This document shows, piece after piece, positions 63,311 through 64,000 of a stretch of DNA of 64,000 nt. Positions within the stretch are counted from its first letter, which is position 1. Each line of letters begins with the position of its first letter. Under the pieces are notes generated by a model. That model was given only the letters and a program-made list of their open reading frames with translations. It was not told where the DNA came from and made no database searches. The stretch spans positions 152,678 to 216,677 of the forward strand of contig NIVC01001979.1 in NCBI GenBank assembly GCA_002269645.1, in the 5' to 3' direction. This DNA comes from Macrostomum lignano (taxonomy: Eukaryota). The position numbers were made by a program, and so were the translations under genes.

Positions 63311-64000
63311 TATTTAACCGACATCCACTTTCTTTAACTTTGATGAACTTAATTAATTATTATACTGCTTGCAACCACATTGCCTAGTATTAAATTTAAT
63401 GAAATTTAATGGAAATTTTGAGATTACGGTTTGTCACCTCCAAACTCTCAAGCCTTTGGGTGAGATCTCCAACATGACTCTGATAAGGCCTGGCTCGCAG
63501 AAACCGAGCCGATACCTTCTATTTGAATCTCTCTGACAGCAAATGTCAACACGGGCTGCGAGACAGTTCATCATTTCTCCTTGCTTTGCCCAGCCTCTGC
63601 ATATGATGAGGCTTGGGGTGGAGCTGAGATGTTTTTCCCTTGAGCTCTCGGCTTCCTCCAAGCAGATCATGCGCGCGACCGTTCAGAAACACGGGACACT
63701 GACCAGCCTCAAGCATTCAATCTGTGCCTGTGTCTCTGCCTCTCTTCCCTTTGGCGATTCAGGAAATCAATACTCTTTGATCCTTTGCGCCGCCATAGGC
63801 CTGTAGGCTATAAATAAACACCGGCCTACAATACTGTAGGGTGCGCAAAATCAGAGATGCAGAATTGGGCATAAAAGTTGCCGTTGCTTTTGTTCAACAA
63901 AGCAACGTTCCGGCATTCGAAAATTTGTCTAACGCTTTAGAAATATTCTCAGCGGCGAAAGATAGAAAGGAATATTTCCATGAAGTATTTCCATGCATAT

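Overview
Eukaryotic, very repeat-rich genomic DNA. GC-rich exons, GT-AG introns packed with unrelated minisatellites and TTAGGG-type repeats fit a free-living flatworm such as Macrostomum (inference; not verifiable here). Recognisable minus-strand genes: synaptotagmin-1 (5' part, runs off the left edge), MGME1 (2 exons, complete), TMEM222 (4 coding exons) and a Musashi-family gene (RRM2 and C-terminal exons; RRM1 not found in the window). An orphan plus-strand ORF lies at 35.1-35.7 kb. Between MGME1 and TMEM222 is a transposon nest: a decayed Ty3/Gypsy element, a full-length but dead mariner inserted in its gag, and a truncated DNA element in its RT. The nest also holds the standout feature, a 10.8-kb foldback-type insertion (14708-25524). 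It has near-identical inverted arms of 4.7 and 4.5 kb built around tandem arrays, a 1.6-kb spacer carrying a broken Tc1 transposase, and a 7-bp target-site duplication. Several MITE-like elements, a LINE RT fragment and more than 20 tandem arrays are also present. No rRNA, tRNA or CRISPR array is supported. All coordinates and translations were derived by hand.
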